A stretch of DNA of 64,000 bases. Origin: the human T2T-CHM13v2.0 reference genome, Homo sapiens. Below are positions 60,081-64,000 of this stretch, piece after piece. How positions within the stretch are numbered: the stretch's first letter is position 1; each line of letters opens with the position of its first letter. Where the stretch lies: the NCBI RefSeq assembly GCF_009914755.1, contig NC_060947.1. One strand, given 5' to 3'. The notes below the pieces were generated by a model that did no database searches, was not told the DNA's origin, and worked only from the letters and a program-made list of their open reading frames with translations. Made by a program: the position numbers and the translations under genes.

Positions 60081-63039
60081 ATTTTTTTTAGAATTTAACT
60101 TTAAAGGTAAATTTAAAGTGTCATACTCAAAATATATGAATTTAAGTAGAAGGGAAGATAATTCAATATTATTTTGCTACTAAATCAGTGTAGGTTCCCC
60201 ACAAGGCTAAAAACAATAAAGTCAAAATGAAATGATAGAATTCAATCAACCAGAAGATATGGAAAAATTCCCTCACTATGACCACGGAATATATGGGTAC
60301 AAATGTACACTGTCGGCAAAATCGAAATGTTTTGAAGAAAAGGGAGTATTATCTAACAGTACTTACTTTAAGGAATATCAGTGTTGTCATCTTTTTAGGC
60401 AAAAGGGCTATTTTCTTAAACTACTTCGGGTTTTTTTTTTAAATGAGAGAGTGGAATAAAAACAAACGACTGCAGCCATTTCAGTTACTTAAAAAAATGC
60501 TTCTCTTCTCCTGTCTCCTGTCTTTTTACTGGTACTTTTAATTAAACGCTACAATCCTAAAAAAGGATATTATTATAAGTCTCATTCTAATGACAAATAC
60601 TATAGGCTATATAAGTAGATATCATGATCTGTTGTAGGACTTCTTGCTTTGATGGCATACTTAATTCTGATTATGCAAATTGTAATGGTTACACTTTCGC
60701 ATAATGCAGTTGGAAAAAACATGGTATCATATTTACCTATTGTGATACTTTATTCTCCCTTCAAGTATGCAAATACTGAGTAAATGGCAGTGATTTTCCT
60801 GTTTAGGTTTCTTTCCTGTTTTATAACTGTAGTCTACTTCTTTTGCCAAATAGGTAAAAATTTAACAGTTCATAGTTATTTGTATTGATGTCAGAATTTT
60901 TTTCCCTCTGTCATGTAAGTAACCCTTTTTAATTTAAAAAATAAGCAGTTTTATCTCAAAAAACAGAATAGCTCAAGGTGCATAATAAGTAGCATTATCT
61001 CAAAGAAAAATATGGCAGTTATAACACCCAGATAACTTGTATTTTCTAAGACCAATTTGTTATACACTTTTTTTGGCAAAAGCGTTTTTTCTTTTCTTTT
61101 GCAATCATAGAAACAAAGTTGGTGTCCCACTGCTATCGATGCTGGCAGGAAGAAAAATCTAAGAACATTTACAAGGAACCAGTATTTTAAGACTTTTCTT
61201 ATGCACATTGTGGGTTTCATTTTATGAAAATTTAAAATGTGTTGACCTTTGCATTTGATTGCTGGTGTTTTCATTAAAATGGAAACCTTCAATTCTTACA
61301 GAGCTATTTCATAATATCACTGGTTGGAAATTAGATTTGATTATGTCGCTGTCTCTCTAAACTTAACACCTACAAAACAGAAAAGTTCAGTATCATAATA
61401 TTCACCTCTCTTTCAAATGTAATTGACTTTTCCTGACATCAGCATGGCAAAGAACAATCATTTTGTTTCTGATATATTTCTGTGTAATACGTCTGTTTAT
61501 TTACCGCTCATCATGCAGGCCAGGAGAGAAATTAAATTTCATTCCTTCTTCAGACATGAATATGCAGATTTGATAGTGGCCGCATTTCAGAGCAAATAGA
61601 CCTCTTTAACGTAATAGTTTTACAGTCAACTCTTTGAAACAGAGTATATTCTTCTTCCTTATTTTTCTGACAAAGTAGAACTTTCAAATAGTTCAAATAA
61701 TAATTTGTACACATATAAAATTAACACATGTCAAATATTTTACTAAAATCATTCACTATTGTGGGAACCAGTAAGGTAGCAAACTGATTCTAAGAGAATC
61801 TGGAGAGGTGGGTTTTTATAAGCAAATTAATAACAGAAAGCTAAGATACGATCATTAAATTAGAAACAAAACTAGTCAATGCTCTTCAAGGTTCATAAAA
61901 ATAAACTTTGGGGGGTTATTTCTTATTGAAGAGAAATAATTTTTACATCTGCCAGATATACCAAGTTTACTTGTAACATGTAGCTTTACTACACCTGGGA
62001 ACTTTATTTTTCTTTTCTTTTCTTTTTTTTTATGAACTGCAACTAGAAAGAGAAAAATCTGGGAACTTTAAGCTATAGCAGCAGTGAATCATGTACACAC
62101 CCTAAATAATCCTGTAGTGGGTCTGAAAAACATCGCCTATATGATATTGAAAAGACATTCTGTCCCTTTCCTTTTGCCTTATTTCCTAGTATTGAATAAA
62201 GTTGCTTAACAATTCTCTTTATATGCAAAGCTTTAACAAAGATATCAGAAGACAAAGTCCCCACATTTAAAGTACAGTTGATTTTCCAAATGTTCACAAA
62301 TCTGTCATTCTAACCCTGGCTTTCTACACAATCTATTTGGTCCTATAAGTGAAGTAGAGACAGCTTCCTCGAAAGAAACATAAAGGAAACGGGCCGCTGA
62401 ATATGGTACACAATAATGTGAACAAAAAGATCAGGTTAATAAAGTTGTGTCCCGTCCTTTAAATTCAATATAATTTGTTGTTTTCTTTGTGGTGTAACAT
62501 GTGTTGTTGACTGCAGAAAAGTTAACCTATAAAGACAGAGCTCAGATATTCTTTTAATAGAAAATAAACTTTGGCGAGTTTCAGATAGAAATGAATAGTA
62601 TGACCTTTTACCAGAAAGTCACTACAAAGTTGAATCTTTCCTCACAGATTTTCAGAAAGCATACCCATAGCCTGAAATATTTCAATCCCATGCTTCCCTA
62701 GCTCCTAACATATCTCTCTTCTTCTTCACAGTTACCAATAAAAAAAAACCATAGAAACTCACATAGGCAAGAATTTTGTCTTTATTTATGTGCTCCCAGG
62801 ACCTATGACCAAAGCTTGATCCATAATAGGTACTCAGCAAATGTATAGCAAATGTATATTGATGTGAGGGTGGATGAAAATAGGAATCATAGACATTGAT
62901 AGTTCTTTCCCATGCTGAAGTCAGCCTTTCCTTCTCTGAGTTCATAGCAGTGAGAGTCCCATCTTCTTTTTTTGCCATATATAGCTATTAAATATAAAGA
63001 GTATGTTGCCTAATCTCTACATATTCATGGCTGTCTATC

Positions 63040-63142
63040 TTTCCTTCCTAGCCTGCCTGCCTGCCTTCCCTCCTTCCTTCCCTCCTTCCCTCCCTCCCGC
63101 CTTCCTTCTTTCCTTCCTTCCTTCCTTTTTCTTTCTTTCTTT
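63040..63142. repeat. (CCTT/CCCT/CTTT)n polypyrimidine tract
   Basis: Direct reading. Confidence 0.9.
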
Positions 63143-63605
63143 GCAATGCTAGGCCTTCATCCCCAAGAAATAATCAATCTGACCCCAAATAATAATTCAT
63201 AACACAGACTTTACTAAGTTCTAAGGTTTTAATGGGAAGGAAAAGAGAAGACAGAACAAAGAATGGAGATACTAGCATTCTAAAATACAGGCAGAGGAAA
63301 CACTCTTCTAGTCATGTTGAGGACTATATAGGAAATGCAGGTGTGGAGCTCTGATGAGAAGCCACCTATATACAATTTGCCAAAGATTGACTTTGACTCT
63401 CAACGTCAAGCTGATTTTACAAGGACAACTATTTCAAATTATTATTGGTGGTGCATGGTATCCAGAGTACATAGTAATGTATTTTATTTGAGAAGCTTCA
63501 AACACACTCAATGTTTAACCCCTTCTGCAGAATCCTAATGCTTGAGACTGCAGATATAGAAAATAAAAGAACCAAAGAAAAAGATTTGTACCAGGTGTAG
63601 GATAA

Positions 63606-64000
<395 letters not shown>

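Noticed and set aside
60951-61292. 113-aa minus-strand ORF as an exon of a neighbouring gene
   Set aside because: AT-rich composition, no recognisable domain and no clear splice sites.

Overview
Primate genomic DNA (Alu J/S/Y and L1PA elements, so probably an ape or other catarrhine; species is an inference). It is AT-rich, gene-poor and dominated by L1, Alu, MaLR/ERV LTR, MIR/L2 and microsatellite repeats. The only intact host-type coding sequence is an intronless, full-length 194-aa retrocopy of the RNA Pol II CTD phosphatase SSU72 (20706-21290, +). Its CX5R catalytic loop is changed to C-WNNQN-Q, while most other substitutions are conservative. It lies behind a small CpG-rich block containing a tandem array of YY1-type motifs. 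About 730 bp upstream is a 5'-inverted (twin-primed) TNPO3 processed pseudogene with a recognisable TSD. Several other insertions are also 5'-inverted or nested. Family names, and comparisons with parental genes, come from recalled consensus sequences rather than database searches. Boundaries of old repeats are approximate.
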